Below, in pieces: positions 17,591-28,238 of a DNA stretch of 64,000 bases. A program made the translations under genes and the position numbers. The stretch is from positions 1,952,001 to 2,016,000 of the forward strand of contig OY764265.1 of NCBI GenBank assembly GCA_963668355.1, given 5' to 3'. Below the pieces are notes generated by a model. It was given only the letters and a program-made list of their open reading frames with translations, was not told the origin of the DNA and did no database searches. The DNA comes from Bdellovibrionota bacterium (GTDB lineage Bacteria; Bdellovibrionota_G; JALEGL01; DATDPG01). Numbering within the stretch: the first letter of the stretch is position 1; each line of letters starts with the position of its first letter.

Positions 17591-19647
17591 ATGAAAGTCT
17601 GAAGGTGTCTCCTCAAACACGACTTAAGCAGCTATCTGAGACCCTGGCCCCATTGGATTCGAATTCCGAGGTTGATCGGAAAAAAGCAGAAAAAATCATC
17701 GTGATTTCCATGAATGATGAAACGACTTTGGTGCGTGAGGCGGCCATTGCTTATGCTTCACAATTTCTGGAGCCGGAATTTTTGGGGAAGTTAATGGCGG
17801 ATGACGAAAACGCCACACTTCGAAATGCTGCTCTTGAAGCCATTGAAAGACAGGGGCTCTACGCGCTTCCCTATCTTGCAGAGTTGACGAAAGATTCAAA
17901 TGCGGAGTTGGCACTTTTCGCGACGCAAATCATCGGACGTTTGAAAGAGCCTTCTTCTGTGAAGATTTTATTGCCTCTTCTCGAGCACCCGGATCCAAAT
18001 ATTGTTCAGACATCTGTGGAAGCTCTGGGTCAGCTCCACGTCCGGGAGGCGGTTCCCTCCATTGTGCGTTTGTTAAAAGCAGATATGTGGATTCAATTTG
18101 CTGCCGTTCAGGCTTTGGGCAACATTGAAGATGAACGTGCCGTCGAGCCACTTTTGGAATTAAGCGAAAACGAGATACTGATGGAGGCGGCCATTGAGGC
18201 GTTGGGAAAGATCGCCTCACCTTCATGCTTGAAGCCGCTATTGGACCTTTTCTTTCAGTTTGATCGTGTTTCCTTGAGAGATCGAGTGCTTTTGACATTG
18301 GCTTCAGTTGCGGAGAGACATTCACAGGCCAATTACATTTCAGACCTTTTTTCAACCCAGTCTCTTTCAGATTCTCAAAGAGATTCGCTGTTTGATTTTC
18401 TTAGGGCTGTGATTTCCGGACCCGAGCATCGAATGAATCCGAAGGTCGTTTTAGTGAACCCCGTCGATGATCGGACGTTGCTCAGAGGTTTTGGTCCCTT
18501 ACTCCGAGCGGCAGTAACGTTGATCTTTTCGGGAAGAGTCGAAGAATTGTATTCCGAAGTGTTGAAGAAGACTTCGGATCCGCATTGCCTAAAATGGGTG
18601 GTGCAGGTGAGCCAACGGTTTCCCGGTTGTCTAAATTCAGCCTTTCAGTCTTTAGAGAACCATAAAGACGAAGACGTTCGATGTGGCTTGTTATTGGTAG
18701 GGGACCCCACGTTGATTTCGAAGTCCCTTTTGATGCGTGCTTTGCGGGATCCGAGTCCAAAGGTTCGCACTGCGGCTTATGCTACTGTGGGCCGTGCGAA
18801 GTTATCCGAAGCAGTCCCTTTATTAATGGAAAAACTTAAAACTGGGAGTGATAAAGAGTTGGACTCGATTGTGGCTGCCCTAAGCCAAATGCCTGAGGAG
18901 GGTCTGAGGCCCCTAGTAGACTCATTGGATTTTTCGTTGAGTTCTGAAGACATCATTCGCATTTTGAAGGTCTTGTGTCGCGCCAAAATATCGTCGATGG
19001 ACGAAAAACTTCTTCCCTTCGTCGAGGTGGAAAACCCTTTGGTTCGGCGTTTGGCCTTGGAAAGTCTTGCGCACTCCAATCGAGAAGAGGTCGATTGGGC
19101 CATTATTTCGAAGTTGGATGATCCCGATGAGCGAATTCGAAATGAGGCTGTAGAGTTGTTGGTCCAAAGAAAATGTAAAAAGGCGATTCCCGCGTTCTTA
19201 GCGATTCTGGAAAAGGATGAGCCCTTGCGATACCATGTGATTCGAGCACTGGGCAGGTTCAAAGCGTCTGAAGCGGTGAATCCTTTGCAACAGCTTTATT
19301 CAGAAGCGGCTACCCACGAGCGTATTGAAATCATCATGGCATTGGTCCATATCGGGGATGCCTCTTCCATTGGGTTTTTAAAAGAGCGTGTGCACGAATC
19401 AGATCGCGAAATCCGAAGGGCTTCGGTTTATGGCTTGGCGCGAATGATTTCTAAGGAAGAAGATCAAATTTTGCTCCAATTTTTAAGTGATGAAGATTGG
19501 TATATTCGAAATGAAGTGGCTTGGGGGTTGGGACGCCTTGGAAATGAGAAGAATAGATCCATGATTTTGTCTTTGCTTCGAGACTCTGAGGAAATTGTCT
19601 CGCGAACGGCCCGAGAGGCTGTTGAAAAAATGGGAGGAAGTGGATAG
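17587..19647 (+). CDS. HEAT-repeat (PBS-lyase-like) protein in the che operon
   Basis: Many VR.AA..ALG-type repeats across 686 aa. Confidence 0.9.
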   Translation: MNESLKVSPQTRLKQLSETLAPLDSNSEVDRKKAEKIIVISMNDETTLVREAAIAYASQFLEPEFLGKLMADDENATLRNAALEAIERQGLYALPYLAELTKDSNAELALFATQIIGRLKEPSSVKILLPLLEHPDPNIVQTSVEALGQLHVREAVPSIVRLLKADMWIQFAAVQALGNIEDERAVEPLLELSENEILMEAAIEALGKIASPSCLKPLLDLFFQFDRVSLRDRVLLTLASVAERHSQANYISDLFSTQSLSDSQRDSLFDFLRAVISGPEHRMNPKVVLVNPVDDRTLLRGFGPLLRAAVTLIFSGRVEELYSEVLKKTSDPHCLKWVVQVSQRFPGCLNSAFQSLENHKDEDVRCGLLLVGDPTLISKSLLMRALRDPSPKVRTAAYATVGRAKLSEAVPLLMEKLKTGSDKELDSIVAALSQMPEEGLRPLVDSLDFSLSSEDIIRILKVLCRAKISSMDEKLLPFVEVENPLVRRLALESLAHSNREEVDWAIISKLDDPDERIRNEAVELLVQRKCKKAIPAFLAILEKDEPLRYHVIRALGRFKASEAVNPLQQLYSEAATHERIEIIMALVHIGDASSIGFLKERVHESDREIRRASVYGLARMISKEEDQILLQFLSDEDWYIRNEVAWGLGRLGNEKNRSMILSLLRDSEEIVSRTAREAVEKMGGSG

Positions 19648-19652
19648 CCCCC

Positions 19653-20495
19653 ATGATGAATCCGAAACTCACCGATTCAGAATGGAAGCTTCTTTCTGAT
19701 CTATTTGAAGAGAAGTATGGACTTCGTTTTGATGGGGGACGAAAACAAATATTGGAATCCAGACTCCAATCTCGATTGGTAGACCTTCATCTACAAACAT
19801 TTTCGGACTACTACCACTATCTCGTTACTCATCCGAAAAGGATGGAGGAAGATCGGGAGCTGAAAGTCAGGCTGACGAATAATGAGACCTACTTTTTGAG
19901 AGAGGCCTACCAATTTGAATTACTGGTGAATCGTATTCTTCCTTCTTTGAAACAGAAGCTCCAGTATAGACCTTTGAGAATTTTGTCTGCGGCGTGTTCT
20001 TCGGGGGAGGAAGTTTATTCTTTGTCCATAAAACTCAATCACTCTGCCGAGGCTCGTTCGGGCATGCTCTGGAGAATCGATGCCTGCGACATTGATCCGG
20101 AAGTTTTGGGCCGTGCGAAAGAAGGTTGTTTTCTCGACCGTTCTTTTCGTGGATGTCCTCCAGCTTTTCGTCGCATGTATTTCGAGAAAGAAAATGAAGC
20201 CTTTTATATAAAAAAAATCTACAAGAAGAACGTACAGTTCATTTCGGCCAATCTATTGGACTTAAAAGAGGGGGGCTTGTTTGGTCCATATGATATTGTC
20301 TTTTGCCGCAACGCTCTCATTTACTTTAGCGATCATGCGTTTCACTCAGCGATATCAAATCTCAATGAATTGATGAGTATGGGGGGATACTTATTTCTGG
20401 GGCACTCTGAATCATTAATTCAAAAACGAACGGATTTTGTCCCCATTTCGTTTAGAGAGAGCGTGATTTATCAGAAAGTAGAAGAGCAAGAATGA
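19653..20495 (+). CDS. cheR: Chemoreceptor methyltransferase
   Basis: LTNNETYFLRE, SAACSSGEE.YS, DIVFCRNALIYF and GYLFLGHSES. Confidence 0.95.
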   Translation: MMNPKLTDSEWKLLSDLFEEKYGLRFDGGRKQILESRLQSRLVDLHLQTFSDYYHYLVTHPKRMEEDRELKVRLTNNETYFLREAYQFELLVNRILPSLKQKLQYRPLRILSAACSSGEEVYSLSIKLNHSAEARSGMLWRIDACDIDPEVLGRAKEGCFLDRSFRGCPPAFRRMYFEKENEAFYIKKIYKKNVQFISANLLDLKEGGLFGPYDIVFCRNALIYFSDHAFHSAISNLNELMSMGGYLFLGHSESLIQKRTDFVPISFRESVIYQKVEEQE

Positions 20496-21535
20496 CTCGG
20501 GTGCTGGTCGTGGACCAATCGTCATTCTTCCGCAAAGCGTTGGTGCATGTGCTGCAATCTTCTCCCGATATACACGTGGTGGGGGAGGCGAATAAGGCTT
20601 CATGTATCCTTGACCTCGTGGAAAAGCAGAGGCCCGATGTGATGACCTTGGACGTCGATTTTTCAGACGGAGAAGCGTTTACCGTTTTGGGAAAATTACA
20701 CGCAACCTCTCCCAAATTGCCTGTCATTGTCCTCTCAACGTTAAACCAAAATCAAAAACACGAACTCTTCGAGTTCATGGCTTCTGGTATGGTGGACTTT
20801 GTTGATAAATCCAAATTCAATTTGATGGATTTTGACCGCTTGTCTAGAGAGCTCATCGAGCGAATCTATAAATGGAATAAAAGTCTCGAACAAAGCTCTT
20901 TAAGGGGAGATCTCTCGCCAAGAACAAAAGTGTGGAGAAAAATGATGACGCAATCGGGTCCGTTGCCGCATCTGGATTGGAGCCAATATGACCTTTGCAT
21001 CATTGGTGCTTCCACTGGAGGACCCACAGCTCTTCATTTTATTTTTGAACACATCAAGGCCGACTTTCCACTCCCCCTGCTTTTGGTTCAACATATCCCT
21101 AGCGGATTTTCCCGGACCTTCTCAGACCGTTTAAATCGGGCAGGTTCCCTTTGCGTAAAAGAGGCCAAAAATGGAACTCGATTGGCACCTGGGACGGCTT
21201 TATTGATTCCTTCGGGAATGCATGCGCATGTGACTCCGTCATTAGGGGTGATTCTTTTTACGGAGAAACTGGGAAAATTTCATGTGCCCAGCGTGGATGT
21301 TGTTATGCAGTCGGCAGCAGCCTCATTGGGCAAGCGGGTTTTGGGTGTTCTCCTCACCGGTATGGGGTCAGACGGAGCCGACGGAATGGTCTCCATTCTT
21401 CAAGCGGGAGGAATGACGCTTGCAGAAAGCGAAGAATCTTGTCTGATTTATGGAATGCCCAGGGCGGCCCACATAAAGGGCGGCGTTCGACATATGTTGT
21501 CCCTTCCCGACATCGCCAAGCTTTTTAGGAAGTAG
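20492..21535 (+). CDS. cheB: Chemoreceptor methylesterase with N-terminal receiver domain
   Basis: GASTGGP, QHIP, PSVD, LTGMG.DGADG and YGMP. Confidence 0.95.
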   Translation: MTRVLVVDQSSFFRKALVHVLQSSPDIHVVGEANKASCILDLVEKQRPDVMTLDVDFSDGEAFTVLGKLHATSPKLPVIVLSTLNQNQKHELFEFMASGMVDFVDKSKFNLMDFDRLSRELIERIYKWNKSLEQSSLRGDLSPRTKVWRKMMTQSGPLPHLDWSQYDLCIIGASTGGPTALHFIFEHIKADFPLPLLLVQHIPSGFSRTFSDRLNRAGSLCVKEAKNGTRLAPGTALLIPSGMHAHVTPSLGVILFTEKLGKFHVPSVDVVMQSAAASLGKRVLGVLLTGMGSDGADGMVSILQAGGMTLAESEESCLIYGMPRAAHIKGGVRHMLSLPDIAKLFRK

Positions 21536-21574
21536 CTCTTTCAAAAGAAAATGAAATCGGGCAAGCTGCTTTTC

Positions 21575-22687
21575 ATGAAAGGTCGATGCAATCGGTTTCT
21601 TGGGGTCTTTTTCTTCTTATCTACTTTTTCCTGGGGAAGTACTTCTTATGGCTTGTTGCAGCATCCTTCCTTGTCCGGGGTGGCAGAGAAAGCTGTAAAG
21701 AGCGTCGTAAATATTTCTTCCGTGAGGGTTGTTCGGTATCGGCAGTCGCCCTTATTTGAGGATCCTTTTTTTCAGTATTTTTTTGGAAAGAATGGAATCA
21801 GCCCCTTCGGTGTTCCGCGGGAAAGGCGGCAGCGAAGTTTGGGTTCCGGTGTCATTGTCAGTCGGGATGGCTATGTGTTGACCAATAATCACGTGGTGGA
21901 AAATGCTTCCGAGGTTTCGGTTTTATTAAGTGACCAAGTCGAAGTTAAAGCCAAGATCATTGGAACCGATCCCCCGACCGATTTAGCTTTATTGAAAATT
22001 CCTCTTCCAAAAAAACACAAGCCTTTGCCGATGGGAGACTCAAACACCTTGCGATTGGCGGAGTCAGTTTTGGCTATTGGGAGTCCCTTTGGTTTTGGAG
22101 GTACGGTGACCCAAGGCATCGTCAGCGCTAAAGGACGGGCCAATATTGGAATCGCGGATTATGAAGATTTTATTCAAACCGATGCGGCCATCAATCCGGG
22201 AAACTCTGGTGGAGCTTTGGTCAATACCAAAGGCCAATTGGTTGGAATCAATACAGCCATTTATTCCAGAAGCGGAGGTTACCAGGGAATCGGATTTGCC
22301 ATTCCAATCAATATGGCCAGTTCGGTCATGAAGCGTTTGATTGAGGACGGAAAGGTCGAACGAGGGTGGCTTGGGATGACCTATCAGGATGTTACGCCTG
22401 ATATCGCGCGGAGCTTCGGTCTAAAACAGGCAAGGGGTGTGATTGTGAATGCAATTTTTAGAGACGGTTCTGCGGATCAAGCGGGTCTTAAACCTGGGGA
22501 TTTGATTCGACAGTTCAATGGGGTCGACGTTCGACACTCGGGACATTTTGATAAATTGCTTTCGGATATTCCCAACGGAAAGATGGTTCAACTCAATATC
22601 CGCCGGGAACGTCAAGCCCTGACGCTCAAGGCAAAAGTGGAGCCCCTCCCCGAGCACTCGAGAGATTTGCGGCATCGCAGAAGATAG
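21575..22687 (+). CDS. HtrA/DegQ (Do) family serine protease with one PDZ domain
   Basis: GSGVI, TNNHVV, TDLALLK and QTDAAINPGNSGG. Confidence 0.95.
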   Translation: MKGRCNRFLGVFFFLSTFSWGSTSYGLLQHPSLSGVAEKAVKSVVNISSVRVVRYRQSPLFEDPFFQYFFGKNGISPFGVPRERRQRSLGSGVIVSRDGYVLTNNHVVENASEVSVLLSDQVEVKAKIIGTDPPTDLALLKIPLPKKHKPLPMGDSNTLRLAESVLAIGSPFGFGGTVTQGIVSAKGRANIGIADYEDFIQTDAAINPGNSGGALVNTKGQLVGINTAIYSRSGGYQGIGFAIPINMASSVMKRLIEDGKVERGWLGMTYQDVTPDIARSFGLKQARGVIVNAIFRDGSADQAGLKPGDLIRQFNGVDVRHSGHFDKLLSDIPNGKMVQLNIRRERQALTLKAKVEPLPEHSRDLRHRRR

Positions 22688-22693
22688 TTTGAA

Positions 22694-23131
22694 CTAAACT
22701 TCCAAAATGAGCGTAACGGGGCCCTCGTTTTCGATGGAGACCCGCATGTCGGCTTGAAAAATGCCGCCTTGCGTTTTGATTCCCTGTGTTTGACTCTGTT
22801 TGAGGGCTCTTTGAAAGAAATCTTTCGCAAGAGCTGGAGGAGCGGCTCGGTCAAAGGAAGGGCGGTGGCCTTTTCGACAATTCCCAAGGAGGGTGAACTG
22901 GGGAACAATTAAGTGTTCCCCGTCAATGTCTTGAAGAGACAAATTCATTTTTCCTTGGGCATCCGGAAAAATTCGTAAGGATATGATTTTATTTATGGTT
23001 TTTTCGAGATCGGCAAGGGTATCTTCCTTTTCTACTCCCAAAAACGTCAAAATTCCCCTTTGAATATGGGCCTCGGTTTTCCCCTTCACGGTTACGGAAC
23101 TTTCCAGCACTCTTTGGATAACGGCTTTCAT
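22694..23131 (-). CDS. dtd: D-aminoacyl-tRNA deacylase
   Basis: MKAVIQRV, LRIF.D..GKMN.S, QFTL and N.GPVT. Confidence 0.95.
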   Translation of the reverse strand: MKAVIQRVLESSVTVKGKTEAHIQRGILTFLGVEKEDTLADLEKTINKIISLRIFPDAQGKMNLSLQDIDGEHLIVPQFTLLGNCRKGHRPSFDRAAPPALAKDFFQRALKQSQTQGIKTQGGIFQADMRVSIENEGPVTLILEV

Positions 23132-23262
23132 GAACGGAACAGGTAAAAGAAAAATTAAAAATTCTCAAATATTGTTTTCAAGAAAGACTAAGAACTGGCA
23201 CGTTTTTGGGTTTTGGGATTTAATTCTCGTAAAAGATTTTTAGGATTGTAGGAGCATTGAAA

Positions 23263-23484
23263 ATGGCAAGAGTAATGGAAAAACCTGTGGTGACACGAAA
23301 AACAACAACCCGTACGACGAAACGAACAACCAAAAAAGCCCAAAAAAGACTTTCTGCCGAAGAGCGATATCAAATGATCGCCGAAGCGGCCTATTTTATT
23401 GCTGAGAGGCGTGGATTCCAGCCGGGTGACCCAAAAGAAGACTGGTTGGAAGCCGAAAAAGAAATCAGCCAAACGTATTGTTAA
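23263..23484 (+). CDS. DUF2934-family small protein
   Basis: I...AY..AE.RG...G....DW..AE.EI motif. SD ggag upstream. Confidence 0.85.
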   Translation: MARVMEKPVVTRKTTTRTTKRTTKKAQKRLSAEERYQMIAEAAYFIAERRGFQPGDPKEDWLEAEKEISQTYC

Positions 23485-23606
23485 GGGGTTTTGACGCTTT
23501 TATGGCTTGATGGGCTCCTTGCTGGAGCCTGAAATCGTGTGCAAGGACTGGAAAGGAACGCCCAAATGGATTTGATCAATCGATCTTTCTGGGCAAAAGG
23601 GGAGCT

Positions 23607-25736
23607 ATGCCTGAAACGCATGTGAAAGAAATTCTTTCTGAATTGGGACAGAATCTTCGTTGGATTTGGAATGGAGAATTCGACGCACTTTTCCGAGAGA
23701 TCGATAAGTATCTCTGGAGCCATGTAAATCACAATCCGACTCGTTTCTTGCAGGAAGTTGACGATGAAAAAATCAATGCGAAGGTTCGAGACGAGCATTA
23801 CCGGGTTCGTCTGGAGCGAGCTCGGATGTCATTGCGATCCTATTTGAAGGGTGAACGGCATTGGGGAAATTACAACGCACCGGGTCTTTCTTCGCAAACG
23901 GTTGCATACTTCTCCGCTGAGTTTGGATTGCATGAATCTCTTCCGATTTACTCTGGGGGCTTGGGCGTTCTGGCTGGTGATCACCTGAAAAGCAGCTCAG
24001 ACTTAGGTTTGCCTTTGTGGGGCGTGTCCATTCTTTATCGGGAAGGGTATTTCTTCCAACACTTTGATGCAAAGGGCAATCAGACGGAAGAATATACGGA
24101 GTTGGATCTGTCTAAGTTCCCCATTGAACGCCTGCTGGATAAAGAGGGAAAAGGCGTCACACTCGAGGTCCACTTGGGGCCGAGTGCGTTGTCCATTGAA
24201 CTTTGGCGTTTGCGCGTGGGACGGGCTCATCTTTTATTGTTGGATGGTTATGGAGGACCTTCTCCAGATGATCGCTATGCATTCACGCGTAGATTGTATG
24301 GAGGGGATCTTACGACGCGTCTCTGCCAGGAACTCATTCTTGGAGTCGGTGGCTATCGCGCGTTAAGGAAAATTGGCGTGAGGCCGGGTGTGATTCACAT
24401 GAACGAGGGACATTCCGCTTTTGCTGTTCTGGCTGCGATTGCCGAACGAATGAAGGAAGAGGGACTTTCCTTTGAAGAAGCTGCAGAGCGTGTTCGAGGA
24501 CGTACCGTTTTTACGACTCATACGCCGGTGGAAGCCGGGCATGACCGTTTTCCTCCAGAGCTGATCAAACAGTATTTGACTCCCCTTCGAGAAGAGTTGG
24601 GCTTGTCTGAAGATCAGTTCCTCAGTCTTGGAAGGACGAATCCCTCAAGTTCACAGGAGCCGTTTTGCATGACCGTTTTGGCGTTGAAAATGGCGCAGAT
24701 GTCCAATGGTGTCAGTGCATTGCATGGGAAGGTAAGTCGAAAAATGTGGCAATCGCTTTGGCCCAATCGCACAGTAGATCGAGTTCCCATTGGTCATGTA
24801 ACCAACGGCGTTCATGTGCCGAGTTGGATTGCCCCTCAGATGGCAAAATTCCTGGATCGAAAATTGGGTACGGAATGGTTGGATCATTTGTGTCGAGTTC
24901 AAATGTGGGAGGAATTGCTCAACATCGATCCCTTCGAGTTATGGGACGTGAAGTGTAGCATGAAAAATAAGCTACTCTCTTTTGCCGAGAAGAGAATTCG
25001 TCGAAGGAATGAGCGTTTAGGTTCAGAAGCCCAACCGGCGGAGTTAAACCAAAATGCACTCACCATCGGTTTTGCTCGTAGAATGGTGGCGTATAAGCGG
25101 GCCTCTTTAATCTTTCGAGATTTGGATCGGTTGGCTCGACTTGCCTCTGTGCCAGGCAAACCCATCCAATTTATCTTTGCGGGCAAGGCCCATCCCCACG
25201 ATGAAATTGGTAAAGGAGTTTTGAGAGAGCTGTATGCTTACACTCAAGATGAACGTTTTCGGGGAAAAGTTTTTCTCCTCGAAAATTATGACATGAATGT
25301 GGCTCGTCACCTGGTTCAAGGGTGTGACCTTTGGCTCAATAATCCCCGACGTCCTTTGGAGGCTTGCGGAACGAGTGGGCAAAAAGCGGTGTTTAATGCC
25401 ACACTGAACTTTGCTGTTTTGGATGGTTGGTGGGCGGAGGCCTGGGATCGTCAAAATGGATATGCTTTTGGTGACGGCTTGACTCACACCGACCTAGAAA
25501 AACAAGATGAACGAGATGGCCGGACGCTGCTGGATGTCTTGGAATATGAAGTGATTCCTGACTATTTCACGCGATCTCAGGAAGGCGTTCCCTTGAAATG
25601 GGTAGAAAGAATCCTTCGGGCATTCGCTACGTTAGGGGCTCGTTACAATTCAGATCGAATGGTGATGGACTATACGCGTCACTGTTATCTAGCGACAGCC
25701 GGGACCGTTACTTCGGACTTTCCCTTAGGGGAGTGA
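23607..25736 (+). CDS. glgP: Alpha-glucan (glycogen) phosphorylase
   Basis: YSGGLGVLAGDHLKS, HMNEGH, FTTHTP, VTNGVH and EACGTSGQK (PLP Lys). Confidence 0.96.
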   Translation: MPETHVKEILSELGQNLRWIWNGEFDALFREIDKYLWSHVNHNPTRFLQEVDDEKINAKVRDEHYRVRLERARMSLRSYLKGERHWGNYNAPGLSSQTVAYFSAEFGLHESLPIYSGGLGVLAGDHLKSSSDLGLPLWGVSILYREGYFFQHFDAKGNQTEEYTELDLSKFPIERLLDKEGKGVTLEVHLGPSALSIELWRLRVGRAHLLLLDGYGGPSPDDRYAFTRRLYGGDLTTRLCQELILGVGGYRALRKIGVRPGVIHMNEGHSAFAVLAAIAERMKEEGLSFEEAAERVRGRTVFTTHTPVEAGHDRFPPELIKQYLTPLREELGLSEDQFLSLGRTNPSSSQEPFCMTVLALKMAQMSNGVSALHGKVSRKMWQSLWPNRTVDRVPIGHVTNGVHVPSWIAPQMAKFLDRKLGTEWLDHLCRVQMWEELLNIDPFELWDVKCSMKNKLLSFAEKRIRRRNERLGSEAQPAELNQNALTIGFARRMVAYKRASLIFRDLDRLARLASVPGKPIQFIFAGKAHPHDEIGKGVLRELYAYTQDERFRGKVFLLENYDMNVARHLVQGCDLWLNNPRRPLEACGTSGQKAVFNATLNFAVLDGWWAEAWDRQNGYAFGDGLTHTDLEKQDERDGRTLLDVLEYEVIPDYFTRSQEGVPLKWVERILRAFATLGARYNSDRMVMDYTRHCYLATAGTVTSDFPLGE

Positions 25737-27184
25737 GTCACCTCCAGTCCGTAAAGCTTTTCATAGGATTGAGCGGCTCGATCCCAGGAGAAGTTGGTAT
25801 TCATGGCTCGTTTTTGCATCGCTTGCCATTGCTTGGGACTGTCTTTCATATAATGCAGCGCAGTTTGGACCGCATCTCGTATCTGTTCCGGATCTAAAGG
25901 AGCGAAATGGAACCCCGTTCCTTCTTCTGGGTTATTGAGAACATCAATGACCGTATCTTTGAGTCCACCGGTTTGGTGCACGATGGGGATGGCACCATAT
26001 TTCATGGCGTGCATTTGCACCAGGCCGCAAGGTTCGAACCGTGAGGGTAAGAGAACCAGATCACTTCCAGCCATTAAGAGGTGAGAAAGAGCCTCGTTGA
26101 ACCCGATATATACACCCACTCGATTGGGTAAGTGTTCCTGCAAACTCTTTAGACGGGAAGCCAATTCAGAATCTCCATCTCCAATGATGCAGAAATCTAC
26201 GCCCATCGTCACGAGAGGTAGGGCCGATTCAATGAAGACATCCATTCCTTTTTGATGGGCCAAACGTCCCACAATTCCCAAAATCGGTCGTTGAGCGGCG
26301 GGCATTCCAAAGGCTTCTCGAAGGTGCTTCCGTGCACTTTTTCGGGCTTGAAGATAGGTGTTTTTGGTAAAGTTTTTTGGAAGGTAGGGATCCGTTTGAG
26401 GGTTCCATTCTTCGTAATCCGCTCCGTTTAAGATCCCGATCAGTTTGTGCTTTTGTGAGTTCAACAAGCCTTCCAAACCAAAGCCAAATTCTGGCGTGCA
26501 GATGTTTTCGGCCGTGGAGGGGCTAACAGTGGTGATGTGATCGGAGTATAAAATTCCCGCCTTCATGAAATTGAGGTCTCCGTAGAATTCAATTCCTTCT
26601 GGTGTGAACAATTCCTGCTCTTTTTCAGGGCTTAACGAGAGCCATTGTAGATCGAAACTTCCAAACCTCCCTTGGTAAGCCAAGTTATGGATGCTGAACA
26701 CCGTGAGGGGTTGGGCTGACCATTGGTAGGCATGTCGAACGAAGAGTGGAATCAGCGCGGCTGGCCAGTCATGACTGTGAATCACTTGAGGCGGACGTTC
26801 GGTGTGTTGGGCGTATTCGCAGATGGCCCGACAAAACAGAGAGTATCGCTTTGCGTTGTCTGGGAATTCTCCTCCCAAAGGTCCATAAATGCCATCTCGA
26901 TCGAAGAATTCATCACAAATAACCAATGTCGTTCGCTCGCCGGATTTTTCCGTTCGAGTTAAAAATCGAACGGGCACTCTTTCATTTCCCAAAGGAATCT
27001 TGAGGCTCACCCCTTCATCTTCAAATCGATCCCGAGGAATCATTTGGTATCCAGGCATGAATCTGCGTACAGAGTGGCCTCTTCCAGCCAAGGCTTTTGG
27101 AAGAGCTCGTAACACATCTCCCAAACCTCCCGTATGAGCCAGAGGAGCAATTTCAGCTGACGCCATCCAAATTTCAGTAGCCAT
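25685..27184 (-). CDS. glgA: Glycogen synthase (GT5)
   Basis: TGGLGDV, HSHDW, IHNLAYQG, GILNG.D, QKG.D and PSRFEPCGL.Q. Confidence 0.93.
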   Translation of the reverse strand: MATEIWMASAEIAPLAHTGGLGDVLRALPKALAGRGHSVRRFMPGYQMIPRDRFEDEGVSLKIPLGNERVPVRFLTRTEKSGERTTLVICDEFFDRDGIYGPLGGEFPDNAKRYSLFCRAICEYAQHTERPPQVIHSHDWPAALIPLFVRHAYQWSAQPLTVFSIHNLAYQGRFGSFDLQWLSLSPEKEQELFTPEGIEFYGDLNFMKAGILYSDHITTVSPSTAENICTPEFGFGLEGLLNSQKHKLIGILNGADYEEWNPQTDPYLPKNFTKNTYLQARKSARKHLREAFGMPAAQRPILGIVGRLAHQKGMDVFIESALPLVTMGVDFCIIGDGDSELASRLKSLQEHLPNRVGVYIGFNEALSHLLMAGSDLVLLPSRFEPCGLVQMHAMKYGAIPIVHQTGGLKDTVIDVLNNPEEGTGFHFAPLDPEQIRDAVQTALHYMKDSPKQWQAMQKRAMNTNFSWDRAAQSYEKLYGLEVTHSPKGKSEVTVPAVAR

Positions 27185-28226
27185 GATTCACCGATCCTGT
27201 CGTGGGTAATAAATAATTTTTGGGTACATCCATATAATCATCTAAATGTCGTAAATAGCGAGCCGCTTCTTCAGGGCTCATCGGATTTATGTAAAAACCA
27301 CTTCCCCACTCAAATCCTCCTTGAGCCGTTAACTTTGGCATCATTTCGACATGCCAATGATAGTGTTCTGGGTGGAGATGATTGGGAGGGGTGGTGTGAA
27401 TGATGGAACTAAAAGGAGGGTTTTTTAGCGCCAATTTATATCTCCGAAGCACGTCTCGTTGGATTTCAGCTAAGGAGTTGGTTTCTTCCCTGGAAATCTC
27501 CCAAAAAAACGAGCGGTGTTTCAAAGGGGAAATCCGAATTTCGAAGGGAAAACGGGACGCAAAAGGCGTGTAGGCAATGAAGTGTTGGTTGAGGGAAACC
27601 AATCTTTTTTGATCTTCCCGTTCCTGTTCCACGGTGTCACAGAAAAAGCAGCGACCTCGGTAGTCAAAGTATTTTTTGGCTCCAGAAAGCTCCCGCTCAA
27701 TCGTGATGGGGACAATGGGAAGTGCAATCAATTGAGAGTGGGGATGAGATATGGTTGCACCTGCGGCCGCTCCTCGATTTTTAAAGGCCAAAATATAGGC
27801 AAATCGCTTGTCGCGGAAAAGATCCGTCATTCTTTGGGCGTGAGCCATAAAGATTCCCGCAGTTTGTTTAAGACTCAGTTCAGCCTGATCTATGTCATGT
27901 TCTGGGGTTTCGATGACGACTTCGTGGGCTCCGATCCCCTCCATCTTGTCAAAAAGCCCTTCAGAGCGACTTTTGACTTCCCCTTCAATTCGTAGCGCGG
28001 GATAGCGATTGGACACCACGCGAACACCCCATTCTTTTTTGCGGGGATCGGGTTTGAGCGTCAGCAGCTCAGGAGGTGTGCGCTCTTCGTGACCGGGACA
28101 GAACGGACAGTCTTCCGAGGAATCATTTTGTATTTCGTACTCAGCAAAGGCATTCGGGCGATTGGCTCGTTCAGGAGAAATGATCACCCACCTTCCGGTC
28201 AACACGTCTTTTCTCAATTCTGACAT
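27174..28226 (-). CDS. galT: GalT-family hexose-1-phosphate nucleotidyltransferase
   Basis: SELRKD, R..RP, CPFCPG.E, HEVVIE, AGA...HPHSQ and GGFEWG.G. Confidence 0.88.
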   Translation of the reverse strand: MSELRKDVLTGRWVIISPERANRPNAFAEYEIQNDSSEDCPFCPGHEERTPPELLTLKPDPRKKEWGVRVVSNRYPALRIEGEVKSRSEGLFDKMEGIGAHEVVIETPEHDIDQAELSLKQTAGIFMAHAQRMTDLFRDKRFAYILAFKNRGAAAGATISHPHSQLIALPIVPITIERELSGAKKYFDYRGRCFFCDTVEQEREDQKRLVSLNQHFIAYTPFASRFPFEIRISPLKHRSFFWEISREETNSLAEIQRDVLRRYKLALKNPPFSSIIHTTPPNHLHPEHYHWHVEMMPKLTAQGGFEWGSGFYINPMSPEEAARYLRHLDDYMDVPKNYLLPTTGSVNHGY

Positions 28227-28238
28227 TGGGTACTTTTC

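Noticed and set aside
23196..23212. Sigma-54 promoter upstream of the DUF2934 gene
   Set aside because: TGGCACG is present, but the -12 position reads GG rather than GC.
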